A DNA stretch of 64,000 nucleotides from Octopus bimaculoides (Eukaryota). Each line of letters opens with the position of its first letter. Position 1 is the stretch's first letter. The notes under the pieces are model-generated. The model did not search any database. It saw nothing but the letters and a program-made list of their open reading frames with translations, and was not told where the DNA came from. The position numbers and the translations under genes are program-made. The stretch spans positions 2,753,635 through 2,817,634 of the forward strand of contig NC_068986.1 of assembly GCF_001194135.2 (NCBI RefSeq), in the 5' to 3' direction. Shown piece after piece: positions 1-12,846 of the stretch.

Positions 1-321
1 TTCGTGTATCACCTGGTTCGTAATACGGGTGACTAGGCTATAGCCAACACTGCCAGATATTTTGAGCATCTCTGCAGTGATTCCTGATGGGCCGGGGGCT
101 TTCCCGGTCTTCATACTCTTAATTGCTTTATCTACCCTGGTACTATCAACTCGGATAGCTGGTCCCTCTATTGGGTCGACATACGGCAGGCTCTCTTTCT
201 CCCATTCATTCTCTTTATTAAGCAATCTATCGTAGTGGCATCTCCAGACCTCTTTCTTTGCATCCTCATTTAATGCAAGCGTACCATCATCCATGCGAAC
301 ACATTTCTCTCCTACAACATC
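1..321 (-). mobile_element. RTE-clade LINE ORF2 fragment (linker before the RT domain), 5'-truncated, running off the window edge
   Basis: Manual translation gives a stop-free 107-codon frame, DVVGEKCVRMDDGTLALNEDAKKEVWRCHYDRLLN...KAIKSMKTGKAPGPSGITAEMLK. The GKAPGP motif precedes the RT domain in LINE ORF2. Confidence 0.8.
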
Positions 322-1089
322 AAATCAATAAATATTATATTTGATAAAGTACTCTAAATGCTTGAGTGTTAAAGCTGAATACTCTTTTTACCGTTAATCA
401 CTCAGTCATCAAACGTTAGTCAGGTAAACAATGTCGCGGCTGCAGTAACTGCAGCAGCGGCAGCAACAGCAGTAGTAGTTGTATAGTCCTAGATCGGCTC
501 TGATCAAATAAGCTTATGATATGTTGTTAGTAAGGGACATATTGTAAATGAACTTCCATCATCATCTTTGTTTAACGTCCACCTTCCATGCTGGCATGGG
601 TTGGATGCTTTGACAGGGGCCTGCACCAAACTTCTGTGTCTCTTTTGGCAGGGTTTTTACAGCTGCCCACCCTTTCTAACAACAATCATCCAGCAGAGTG
701 GATTGAGTACTTTTTACATGGTAGAAGCACAGGCGAGGTTGTGTGTGTGAATGTTTGTGTCTCCTTGTCTTGACGTCACATGGTTATTGTAAATGAGTGT
801 CACTGTTATACAAGCAGTGCCATTCATTTCCAATGTTCTGTGAAAACATGTCTGGCCATGGGGAAATATTTATTACTTTGCCTCGAAACTGGTAAGGGTT
901 GTTGACATGCAGGTCATCTGTAGAAAATCTGCCTAATAACCAATGTCCGAGTCATGCAAGCGTGGGAAAATGGGCATTAAAATGATGATGATGATGATAA
1001 ACTGTACACATTATAGAAGGTTCCTTATCTACTTAGCTGTAGACCTTTAAAAGTTTCCTTATCCCATTATTATCAATCTTTGTATTTAA

Positions 1090-1309
1090 CCCTTTGGCAT
1101 TTGAACCATCCATATCTGGCCCAAATATTGTACGTGTTTTGTATTCAAACTATCCAAATCTGACCTCCCACATCTACACTACAATGTCATTCTAACGAAA
1201 AACAACCATGTCATAAAAGTCTCAAAGTTACAAGATAATGTGCCATTAATTCAAAACAATGTGAATAAATAAGCTTTACATTTGACAAAGTAATATGAAT
1301 ACCAAAGTA
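1090..1309. mobile_element. piggyBac-like MITE
   Basis: TTAA at both flanks (1086-1089, 1310-1313), a CCCTTT left terminus and a degenerate inverted right end. Related internal sequence recurs near 30930-31150 and 53430-53620. Confidence 0.5.
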
Positions 1310-1806
1310 TTAAATCACAATAACCCTCTTAAAAAAAGAAAACAGCATTTTTACAGAAAAGAGAGCTAAATGTTGGTTTCTTTTTTGAGTAGATATAAAT
1401 ACTATGTGTTCTAGGAGAAGAAAATAGAAGAATGTGATATTCAAGATATTATGGTATAAGGGAACTGAAATGGTTTCAACTGAAGATTGAAACCATATTG
1501 TCTTACTTAATAGTTTTTCATTTATTGGTTTCAAATTTTGGTGCAAGAAACAAACATCACCATTGTACAAGTGGTGATGTTTGTTTCTTGTCTTCTGTGG
1601 GTGAAAAATTACCTTGCTTGGAAACAGGTGAGGGTGACAAGAAGGGCATCTGGGCATAGAACATCTACAAATTCCATATGACCCATGCAAGCATGGAAAA
1701 GTGGGTGTCAAAGATGATGTTGAACAACAACAAATCACTTTTGAAATATAACATCTTTTGATAAAACTTTAAAGTTAACATCTTGGATATTTATATTGTT
1801 TTACAG

Positions 1807-1895
1807 ATTCTGACATGGAAGGTGAAAACAGCCAGAGTTCACAACATGATACTGTAAATGCTGAACGCCCATGGAGTGCTGAAGAATTGAAAGAA
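1807..1895 (+). CDS. Uncharacterised gene A, first visible coding exon (SDMEGENSQ...RPWSAEELKE)
   Basis: Acceptor ttttacag|, donor GAA|gttggt, open frame, phase 0 matching the next exon. Upstream exons are probably outside the window. Confidence 0.65.
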
Positions 1896-2683
1896 GTTGG
1901 TTTGGTTTTTAATGTTTATTTCCATTAAAAAAGATTTTATTTTTGCATCTCATTTGGAATCTATTTCTGTTCCATATTTTCAATCATTGCTCAATAAGCA
2001 CAATTTTTTGTCTTCTGATATTGGTGAATTAATAATCCTAGATTTAAATTTTGGCACAAGGCCAACAATTTTTGGGGGAGAGGCTCAGTCGATTACATTG
2101 ACCCTAGTGCTCAACTGGTACTTATTTTATTGACTCTGGAAATATGAAAGGCTCAGTTGACCACGGCAGAATTTGAACTCTGAACATGAAGATAGATGAA
2201 ATGCTGCTAAGCATTTTGCTCAGCATGCTAATGATTTTTCCAGCTCACTGCTTCAATGATAAAAGGGTAAAGACCCCCTTTGGTCATGAAGGGCATCCAG
2301 CCGTAAAAACCCTGCCAAAACAGACAAAGAAGTGTGGTGCAGTCTTCTGCCTGGCCAGCTCCTGTCAAACCATCCAACTCATGCCAGCATGGAAGGAGGA
2401 CGTTAAATGATGATACATATATGTGCCTGTGTGTGTGTGTGTTTGTTACCCCCATGCACCACTTGATGAGTGTTGGTTTGTTTATGTCCCCTTAACTTAG
2501 CAGTTTGGTAAAAGAAACTGATAGAATAAGCACCATATTTATCTTGCCCATGATGCTGCACACTGGGACTGAACCTGAAACCACTTCGTTGCAAAGTGAG
2601 CTTCTTAACCACACAGCCATGCCTGCACTTGTATTTTATTTACTATATTCTAGAATTTATTTTTCTTTCTCTCTCTCTTTCAG

Positions 2684-2944
2684 TTTTCAAATGCTGTAAT
2701 ATCTCGGCGCAGATATATTGGAAACCGGTTCAAACCAAACATTTCCTTACCTGTATTCAGTGGCTATTTACAGAACATGCTAGAAACTGGGAAAGCTCAG
2801 TTTGTGTGGTCAAAGTTAGTTGAACAATGTGCATATCATATTTTAGCGCAAAAAGACATTCGTGAAAAACACGACTATCGGGAATTTTGCCATGCTTTAT
2901 ATCAACAGTATCCCAGTATTGGATTAGAAGGTCCCCAACCATGG
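2684..2944 (+). CDS. Uncharacterised gene A, exon (FSNAVISRRRYIG...YPSIGLEGPQPW)
   Basis: Long polypyrimidine tract plus cag|, donor TGG|gtaagt, 261 nt = 87 open codons; overlaps ORF 2777-3010. Confidence 0.85.
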
Positions 2945-3772
2945 GTAAGTGTAGTTTGGTTGTTAACCTCATATCATCTATTTTCTGATGCCAGTGCCGG
3001 TGGCATGTAAAAAGCACCATTTGAGTGTTGGGCCTCATGGAGGCAGTGACATGTGGCCAAGACCTTTGGTGATATACTGTGCTTGTGTAGAGTTGTTAAG
3101 CCAAGTGAGACTGTAGTTGTGGCCAATGCTGGTGTCAGGTCAGTGGCATGTAAAAAGCACCCACTACACTCTCAGAGTGGTTGGCATTATGAAGGGCATC
3201 CAGCTGTAGAAACCTTACGAAATCAGATCAGAATCTGGTGCAGCTCTCTGGCATACCAGTTTTCAGTCAAACCGTCTAACCCATGCTAGCATGGAAAGTA
3301 GACATTAAATGATGATGATGATGCTCTTATTTTTTTCCTTTTGTTTTTCTTGCTTGAATTGCAGTTTTTTTTTGCGTCATGATAGTTAACTGCTCAACAC
3401 CTTTCTGCTTTCCCTCTTCTTAAATAAAACACACACACACACACACACACATCTGGTTAAGTGATCATCCTGTCTTTATTAAAGTATATCTTTATGTAAA
3501 TATACTGGGTGACAGTTTTTATGTCTCCTTTTTCAAGGACACCTTGATGTATTGGTGCGAGTGCCTGAGTTCCTTATCAGGCAGGCAGTGCATGAAGACA
3601 TTCAGTATTCCTCATACAAGATGAGAAAGGGCCAATTTTTATCCCAATCAATGCATTTGACTAAAATTCCTCAAGGCAATGCTTCAGTCTAAATGACTGA
3701 AACAAGTAAAAAAACAAAAGAAATTTCGTTTTGATGATTTAAAACTAAAATAATTTCATGTTTCTTTTCCAG

Positions 3773-4024
3773 TCTCATTTCTCCAAAACATTATCTCAGA
3801 AAATTCGACACATTCGATGGCAGTTGAAAAAACGTTCAACATTAGATGTACAGAAAAACACAGTCTCTGGGATGAATGACCCTGTGCGACCACCAAGTCC
3901 CACAATTCCTGGATTAAATATCCCAACAAACACATTGATTGGAACCAATAACACAGTAGTCAACACAGCCACTACGTTAACTGAGAGTTCTGACATTCCA
4001 GTATCATCTCTGCAAGTGGTATGA
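3773..4024 (+). CDS. Uncharacterised gene A, probable last coding exon (SHFSKTLSQKIRHIRW...SSLQVV*)
   Basis: Acceptor tttcttttccag|, phase 0, open to TGA at 4022-4024. A GTATGA donor just before the stop and the gap at 4281-4828 leave further exons possible. Confidence 0.75.
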   Translation, partial: SHFSKTLSQKIRHIRWQLKKRSTLDVQKNTVSGMNDPVRPPSPTIPGLNIPTNTLIGTNNTVVNTATTLTESSDIPVSSLQVV

Positions 4025-5392
4025 TGAGTTTTTTTTTTTATCATTTTCCTCTTTGGATTGATAATCTGCTGATTAACTGCTAAGATTTAAATTTATATGC
4101 TATTAGATATTATGAGTACCCATTTGAGATGGAAAAGTGAAAAATTGAAAGATATAAAGAGCTAATAATATGTGTAAAATAAGATAAATTTATGTGCCAT
4201 GGTAAGAGTTTTATGTAGAAAAAATATTAGCAAACTTTAATCTCTTCTGAAAGGAGAGAAAAAATGTTTTAGCAATAATCANNNNNNNNNNNNNNNNNNN
4301 NNNNNNNNNNNNNNNNNNNNNNNNNNNNNNNNNNNNNNNNNNNNNNNNNNNNNNNNNNNNNNNNNNNNNNNNNNNNNNNNNNNNNNNNNNNNNNNNNNNN
4401 NNNNNNNNNNNNNNNNNNNNNNNNNNNNNNNNNNNNNNNNNNNNNNNNNNNNNNNNNNNNNNNNNNNNNNNNNNNNNNNNNNNNNNNNNNNNNNNNNNNN
4501 NNNNNNNNNNNNNNNNNNNNNNNNNNNNNNNNNNNNNNNNNNNNNNNNNNNNNNNNNNNNNNNNNNNNNNNNNNNNNNNNNNNNNNNNNNNNNNNNNNNN
4601 NNNNNNNNNNNNNNNNNNNNNNNNNNNNNNNNNNNNNNNNNNNNNNNNNNNNNNNNNNNNNNNNNNNNNNNNNNNNNNNNNNNNNNNNNNNNNNNNNNNN
4701 NNNNNNNNNNNNNNNNNNNNNNNNNNNNNNNNNNNNNNNNNNNNNNNNNNNNNNNNNNNNNNNNNNNNNNNNNNNNNNNNNNNNNNNNNNNNNNNNNNNN
4801 NNNNNNNNNNNNNNNNNNNNNNNNNNNNTTTATAGAATTAAAATTTCAAACACAGATGTTTAAGAACACTGAAAACAAAAAGTTGAATTTCAATCTGTAT
4901 TTCTGCAGTGTATTAAAGATTGATTTATCTACAAAGGATTTTTAATTATACTGAAAAATCTTACAAAGACAATGTAATTTTTTTTTTTTTTTACATTGAA
5001 AATAGCCAAATCAGATTTAATATATTTTAATATTTTGGCAAACGTCCTTTCCAGTGCAGTTAGATAATTAAAGATAATCTTTGACTTGAAATTAACTGCA
5101 ATACATTTTTCTTAAGCAAAAAAATAAAACTAAAAAAAAAAAACTATAAAAATGTCATGAAGCAAAAAAAAATGGACATTCAACCACTAATGATGATCTG
5201 ATGCTTTTGAAACAATTTTTTGTATTATAAATGAAACAAAATATTCCAGATAAAGTAAATTATACTTCACTTAAATTGATATATTTGTTCATTGAAAGTA
5301 TTTTTAATTTATTCAAAACACATGTTGGGAAAAATATTCATATAAAAAAAAAAAGGGAAAGGTATTTTATGATTGTCAACAATTATTTTCTG

Positions 5393-6238
5393 CTGGTTGT
5401 CTTTGACATTGTCAAATTTGTTACTGGACATGTTTGATACTGCCAAATCTGTCACTAGTTATCATGGTCACTGGATATCTTTGACATAGTCAAAATCTGC
5501 CAGTGATAATCATTGACACTAGATCTTTTCAATCTTTAACACTAACAAATCTTTCTCTGGACATCTTTGACAATGTCAGATCTATTGTCATACCTGTAAC
5601 TGGATACCTTCAACACTGTTATAGTGGCTGCCGTTGGCCGTTTAAGTACGTGTTATTAAATGGAAAAGCAGTTAGTGTGAATCATCGTAAGACATTTTTG
5701 TGTATAAATATATTGTTTATTCTGTGTTCACCTTTTGTGGCGAAAGCATGTAGTATGATACAAAAACGTGTGTTTACATACAAGGAAAGTTTTGTTTTTT
5801 GCTTTTGCACTGAAAGAAGTAACACATAATATTTGTATTACAGTATATATGCATGTGTGTAATGAGAACAGTCATTTTGAGAATGTGTGTGATAAAATAT
5901 CTTTGTTTATGAACCATATATCTCGTGTTGAGGTGAATAGACATGTGAGTCGCATGTGGGAGATTGCGCATGGAGCTGCAGAGAAGATGTGTCTTTGACT
6001 GAAACCTGGCAGGAACTGAGAGTTCCTACAGTGTAGCTCAGAATGAGGTTAGTGTCTCAGATCAAGGCTACTTTATCAAAGTGAGGTTAGACGCCTCATT
6101 GATATATTCATCTGCTGTGCAGGTCACCTCACATATTACTATGTAATATGTAGCTCTGCTACACTGTTATATCTGTCGCTGGATATCTTTGATACTGCCA
6201 TACCTTTCACTGGATATCTTTGATAATGTCAAATATTT
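5393..6238. repeat. Degenerate 31-nt tandem repeat in two clusters (5393-5610, 6179-6238)
   Basis: Unit approximately CTGGATATCTTTGACAWTGTCAAATCTGTCA. Unit starts at 5393/5424 and 6179/6210 are spaced 31 nt apart. Confidence 0.7.
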
Positions 6239-9200
6239 CTATAAAGAGTTAAAGGTGCATTTACTGATGTCCATACTAGCACTAAATATTCTGCTAAACT
6301 GGTTTGACTTCTTCTGGAAACTGTTTCAGTAGATGTTGAACACCACTTCTGTTTTGAGTGAGTAGACTTATGATTAAAGACACTCTATCCATGACCATCA
6401 TGTTTTTTTTCTCCAACATAGTGTCTAAGATCACAGTATTCAATATGTTCATTTTTTTTTTTGCTTTAGGTGCCAGAGTGTGATTTGGATGCTATTTCTA
6501 CTGGTCACACAAATTCATCTGATGCGAGTGCCGCCTGACTGGCACCTGTGCTGGTGGCACGTAAAAAGCACCATTCGAACATAGTCGATGCTTGTGCCAC
6601 CTGACTGGTCCCCGTAAAAAGCATCCACTACACTCTTGGAGTGGTTGGCGTTAAGAAGGGCATCCAGCTATAGAAACCATGCCTGATCAGATTGGAGCTT
6701 GGTACAACCTCCTGGCTTGCCAGTTCTCAGTCAAACCGTTCAACCAATGCCAGCATGGAAAGTGGACGTTAAACGATGTTGATGATGGAGAAGTTAAACA
6801 CAAGGCACTGATAAATACATTATAAAATTTCTATATGTAGGCTATTAGCCCTTGCTCTTTTTCTCACTATGTTGACACAGAAATATTTTTTTGTTTTTAC
6901 TAATTTCAGTGATTGGACTGTGGTGATGCTGGGGCACTACCTTTAAAGAGTTTTAGTCAATCTTTAGTACTTGTTAAAGTACTTATTCCAACATTCTTGT
7001 AATATGTGAAAATGGAAATTAGCATCAAGGGAGATAACTCAGGCTATTCTTCAGGGTGCCTTCCACCTCAATTCTGATATATCAAATTTTTGACATAGCT
7101 GGTGTAGCAGTAAGAGTTGTAGTAGTGCTATCAGGACACACGGTGTGTCTTGAGCATTGTTTTAGACCTGGTGGAGTCCATCTCTCTCCAGCTCTGACCA
7201 TAAATGATTTTTTTTTTCCAGGGGAGAGAGACAAGGAGAATAGTTGACTGCAGTACAGGATGAAAGGCAAGGGTTGACTTCAGCTGTATTAAAACTCAAG
7301 AGTATAAAGAGCTTGGACATATACTGCAAGATGATTTATCCAACACAACTTGGCCAATTTGCTTGGGTATTCCTGTTTCAACTTACCGTTTTTTTATTCT
7401 AACAAATGGCAAGATGCTATGCTGGAAAGTGGATGTAAAAATGATGATATATTTATTATACGATGGTCTTTGCACAGATTCCTGCAAACAAATTTCTCTC
7501 ACAAGGCATTGGTCAAACTGAGGCCACTTGCACAAAGTACCATACAGTGAAATCGAACTTTGAACTGAACTTAAACCACACAACCATGCCTGTGTTTACA
7601 CAACTAAACACATTAAAAAAAAAACAACTTATTTAAGAAACAGAAAACGATTCAAACTCAAATAGTTATGTATTGAATTCAATTTATTTAAAGAAGAAAT
7701 TGATGAAATTACAAACATATTAAACAAGTATTTTATTAATTAATGCAATTCTGTTATCATGGGTGAAGATTAATGTATAGCTGCTTATCCTTTCTCTGTG
7801 TTATTGTGGTGTATTTGTATTACTGCTAATTGCGAGCTATTTTCACAGAAATATTCACTCAACAAGAACAAAGAGAAGGATTAGAAGGAATAAAAAAAGA
7901 TCGAGTTTTGATTTATTTTTTTCTTTTCTAGGACTGCAAAAAAACAAAACAAAAAAAAAGAAACAAGTATCATATACACCTAAATATAAGGTGAGATTTA
8001 TTTGTACCTTCAGCAAAGAAAAAAGGTCCTGATATCCGAGTCCTTACAAAGACTTTCAAACGATTGACAAAAAAACTTTATAATCATCTTATGCTTGTGC
8101 ATATTTGATGAACTTGATTATTTTCTATTTAAAAGTTAGAAAAGAAAGTATTTGGATAAAGCTGTTAAATTGAACAGACTTGAAATCCATAAACTATTTT
8201 AAAACCAGTCCCCTTCAGTCCATAACCTGTAAGCTGCCCTTTTTTCACACCAGTATCAGTTGTAACTTTTCAATAATACTCGACAAAGAAAACTTTTTAA
8301 ATAATTAATTAGTGATTAATTTTAAACAGAATAATTTCTCTTTTTTATCCTTTCCAATTTAAAACATTCAACTAGACTATTATTATTATTATTATTATAT
8401 GTATATTGTCCTTGTCAATTACAAAAGTTGTTTTTCCTTCTGTAGCACCAGACTATTTTCAAAACCTGCTAACACTTTATAATAAAGCACAGATTTGACC
8501 TACACTAAAGTATAGTCTATATATTTGAGACAGCAGCTGGTTCAAACATAATCTCATATATATTTTAGACTGCGTCACAGAATGATGTCTGCCTTATAAG
8601 CAAGCATTTTCAAACACATGAATGTTGTTGAGCTGTATCATCTGAAACTCTCAACTTCACAGCTATCACAAAGGCCTTTATTCGTTTAAACTTGCTGTCA
8701 GTATCAATATTCCACCTAAATCCATTTTATGTATCAGTTTCTTCCATCTTTCCATCTCCCAACTGAAATTCATTTTCTTGCCATTTATCAAAATCGTTTC
8801 CCTTCCCAACAACTTAACTGCAACAATTCAAATTGAACTGCCAAATTCTTCTCCCTTTGCTTACAAGGAGGGTCTGTGAAAAAAAAATTATAGGCATTGC
8901 TTTCTTCCTCAAATTAACTAATTGAAAAAAAAAACAAAAAAAAACAAACAATAACTTAAAAGAGTTTGATGAATATACATGTGGTATGTCTAGAGATTTT
9001 AAAAATTATAAAAAAAAGTTCATTAGAGTTGATTATTAAATTACAAACATATATATATATATATATATATATGTCTATTAGTAGTCAATGCTCTTGTATA
9101 TGATATTTTTTAAGTCCTGGGATACCGGGTTACTTGTTTCTGTTGTCTTCTCCAGGTAGAAATGAAAGCCAAGGTATTTATGGGAAGAACAAATAGGAAT

Positions 9201-9980
9201 TGTAATGTTTAGAACATTAAAGGCATGAGTTAAAGTGAACATAGCTTCAACAAGTTGTCAAAACTCAGTGGTAGACTTGCTACTTTGAGAGACATGTAAC
9301 CATTAAATGGTATTCTCTAAACATTTGTTGAGATACAAAAACATCTAAGAAAAAATCTACTTAAGTAACCTAATATTCAATATGAATTCTAAAGTGTTAG
9401 AGGTGTCATTCCTTTTTATTTACTGATATTTCGAACCAGTTAATCACAAGTATATGTACTGCTTACATGAGGTGTCTCAATAATTCAGGTATTGAAAAAC
9501 AAACAATAAATAGAAAATGTAAATATTTCTTTTAATTTCGAATTTTTAGAAAATTTATGGACATTATTTACTGGTATTACTAAATTAGAAAGAATATTTA
9601 ACTTAAGAATGTTAATATTATTCATTTATAAAAATAAATATTTCATCATAAGATATTTTTCTTAACTTGTTTAGAAAAGATAGTTATTGATAAATAGCAG
9701 AAATAAGAGAAAAAATGAGATCTTTCTGATATGAAATTATTCATTGATTTTTTTTAAAGAATTTAATACCTGTAAACTAGTATATTAAAAAAAAAATTAA
9801 AAAAAAAAAACAATGTAAAAATAAAAACAAATTTTTTGTAGGGGAGGGGGAAAGTATCAAATCAAGATAAAACATGTCAAAAAATATTGCAAAATAAAGA
9901 TTATTTCTCAAGAGACAAGAGATGCTGAGCTTTTGAGATTTTTAAACAACAATTTGAAAGAAAAGAAGGGGGGAAAAAAA

Positions 9981-10391
9981 TCATGTTCTGGTTCTGTGTG
10001 GGACGGGAATAAAAGATGGCTCTGAAATAGTCAGAGCATTTTTGGGTGTGTAGATTCCAACTTTAGCTGGAAATCTTTGACCAGAAATATCAATTTCATA
10101 TTTGGCATTTTTGTCCAGAATAAATTCATTAAGATTTTTCATGATGCATGGTTGATATCTGTCATCGAATTTTGAAACATAACCAAGGCATAGCATCTGC
10201 TCTAAAGTAAAACCATAACCGCTTGATGTTGTTTCTCCTACATACTCACCGTTTCTATAGATTGGTTCACCACCCCATGGCCAAAGATCTGTATCGATGT
10301 TATGATCTTCCAACAAGAAATGCACCAGTTTCTGTTTAACACCTTCTTCACGTTGTTGCAATAAAGCGTCTTTTCCAATGAAGTCTCTTTT
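9981..10391 (-). CDS. PDPR: PDPR exon 17, terminal (KRDFIG...PHRTRT*)
   Basis: ttacag| acceptor, 411 nt to TGA; matches ORF 9981-10412. Confidence 0.93.
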   Translation of the reverse strand, partial: KRDFIGKDALLQQREEGVKQKLVHFLLEDHNIDTDLWPWGGEPIYRNGEYVGETTSSGYGFTLEQMLCLGYVSKFDDRYQPCIMKNLNEFILDKNAKYEIDISGQRFPAKVGIYTPKNALTISEPSFIPVPHRTRT

Positions 10392-11569
10392 CTGTAAATG
10401 AAAAAGTAACAAAAGGATGGAGGACGAATCAGAACTATAAAAAAATATCTATTTAATTTTAAGTGGTGTAGAAATTTCAATGAAATAAAGATTTACTAAT
10501 AGTTCATTGAAAAATAATAAAGATAACAGTATCAATAACAGCAATTATAATTAAGAAAACTTGTTACAATATTTCACTTAAAAATGGGCGATTTTTTTTC
10601 AAGTAGGTGGAGGAGTCTGGTCATTGAGGCTGACTCCAAAGAAAATCTTTGCTTTATACTTTAACTATAAAGTCACAGACAGACCCCAGCATCCAGTCCC
10701 CTCTCTGCTCCTTGGTGCTGGCTGGGCTCATGTCACCTCCACTTGTCTCTCAGACTCCCATCACCACAGTTATGTTGAATACCCCAGGCCTTATACTGAC
10801 CATGTCATCCAATCCTTTCTTCCTAGAACATCAGAGATGGTGCTGATTTACAAAAGTTCAAGAGGGACATTAATGGTATCAGTCTCACTGCTCTGGGAGG
10901 GTCTGGAAGCTATGGGTCCTGCCCCTTCCTTCACACCCAGCAAGTTTATTGTAATTTCTCCTGCATTTGCTTTGTACATCATAGCTAGTAATGGTACTAA
11001 GTATTTCTTAAATGACATGCTTCTTCTTTTCTTTATATTTGTTGAGACTGGAACAGGAAGGAACAGTGCCTATGGTCTTCACAGACCCCCCCCCCCAGGT
11101 CACTGAGATTGATGCCATTATTGTTCCTCTTGGACCCTTGGTAATCCAATACCAGCAGGAATGACTAATAAGTAGGGAGGGAATTCTTGAGGGCTTATGT
11201 TCTTGGAAGGAAGTCAAAAGATAAACTATGCATGAAAAGGTGAGATGGTCATGACTGGAATACCATTGATCATAGGTCTGCTCAGTCAGGGCTGACCTGG
11301 AGTTTAATAACAGCAACAACAACAACAACAAGAAAAACAGGACTTGTTAATCATATACTGGCCATATTGTTTATAGCAGTGAAGTGTACTTCTTTAGTGA
11401 ACCCATTTGTAACTTAGTGGACTTTACCAGTGAAAATTAAATATCTTCACCATGGGCCCAATATAATATTGGTGATGAGATATAAACATTAACCCATTTG
11501 CTAGTGAGATCAACACATTATTAGCTTCACCAGCTGTAATTCAATGACTTCATACGATGTTGTTTAATA

Positions 11570-11945
11570 GGCGCAGGAGTGGCTGTGCGGTAAGTAGCTT
11601 GCTTACCAACCACATGGTTCCGGGTTCAGTCCTACTGCATGGCACCTTGGGCAAGTGTCTTCTACTATAGCCTCGGGCCGACCAAAGCCTTATGAGTGGA
11701 TTTGGTAGACGGAAACTGAAAGAAGCCCGTCGTTTATATGTATATATATATATATGCTTGTGTGTCTGTGTTTGTCGCCCCCAACTTCGCTTGACAACCG
11801 ATGCTGGTGTGTTTACGTCCCCGTAATTTAGCAGTTCAGCAAAAAGAGAAGGATAGAATAAGTACTAGGCTTACAAAGAATAAGTCCTGGGATCGATTTT
11901 CTCGACTAAAGGCGGTGCTCCAGCATGGCCACAGTCAAATGACTG
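11570..11945 (+). mobile_element. tRNA-derived SINE with internal microsatellite
   Basis: tRNA-like head with a GGTTCAGTCC B-box-like element, followed by GGCACCTTGGGCAAGTGTCTT. Degraded relatives lie at about 18160, 19250, 32000 and 32800. Confidence 0.7.
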
Positions 11946-12003
11946 AAACAAGTAAAAGAGTAAAAGAGTAATGTGAATGATGCTTGTTTTCTCGTAAACT
12001 TAC

Positions 12004-12183
12004 ATTAAACTTGACACGGAATTCTCGACCGCATTCAAAAGGAGTTGTAATGGGAGTCAAATCAACACCCCAACTTGCAAAGAATTTCTCCACTCTCAAT
12101 TCTTTCATACAATTGAAGCCAACATTACGAATTCCATAGTCAACACCTGCACGCATTAACGTGTCATAGACATGGAGGGCATA
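12004..12183 (-). CDS. PDPR: PDPR exon 16 (YALHVY...LRVEKFF...)
   Basis: tttcag| acceptor, AAT|gtaagt donor, 180 nt. Confidence 0.92.
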
Positions 12184-12756
12184 CTGAAAAGATATACAAA
12201 AGAAAAACAGAAACAATTAAAAATCATTAGCAAACTACATTCATTGTACTGCAATTAGCAACAGAAGTGGCCTTTGTAATGAATACTAGTTAGCAAATCC
12301 AGCCTAAATTGGATGTGCTGTTTACAATACCTTAAACTACTGTCATGTAATATGGACCACCAATGTGTGTGTGCGTGTGCATGCGTGCTGCTTATTATAT
12401 CAAAAGCTAACCATCTGCTCTGAGTTTATATACTACATATTTTATATGTGCACATGTGCACACACACACACACACATGCGTGTTTGTACTGTTCACATAA
12501 CAAAGGATTTATGGCTCTAAATTTTGGCCTGAAAAGTCCGACTTGTATGCCAGAAAATATGGTATATTAGAGAAATTTAATAATAATAACAATCATCTCT
12601 ACAATAGGTACATGGCCTGAAATTTGAGGGGAGAGGGCTAGTCGATTACATCAACCCCAGTGCTCAACTGGTATTGGTTAATTAACTACTATTAGTTAAT
12701 TTATATGTGAGAAATTCTTTCTCTTTTTTACATTTGTTTGAACAAGAAATTCTTAC

Positions 12757-12846
12757 CTCAGCAGGGATGTATAAAATAAATCCATCTTCTCCTACATGAG
12801 TGAGACGCATTGCTCGAATTCCACTTGCATATCCAACATCAACAAC
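12757..12846 (-). CDS. PDPR: PDPR exon 15 (VVDVGYASGIRAMRLTHVGEDGFILYIPAE)
   Basis: tttaaag| acceptor, GAG|gtaaga donor, 90 nt. Confidence 0.92.

Noticed and set aside
5393-5610. CRISPR-like array (31-nt palindromic repeats)
   Set aside because: Units are adjacent and degenerate with no unique spacers; there are no cas genes and the context is eukaryotic.
8520-8880. Additional coding exon between gene A and PDPR
   Set aside because: No frame is open with usable splice sites; it looks like a very old LINE-like remnant or UTR sequence.
10624-11106. 160-aa + strand ORF antisense within a PDPR intron
   Set aside because: It has a TTG start, no recognisable motif or splice context, and overlaps a decayed inverted repeat.
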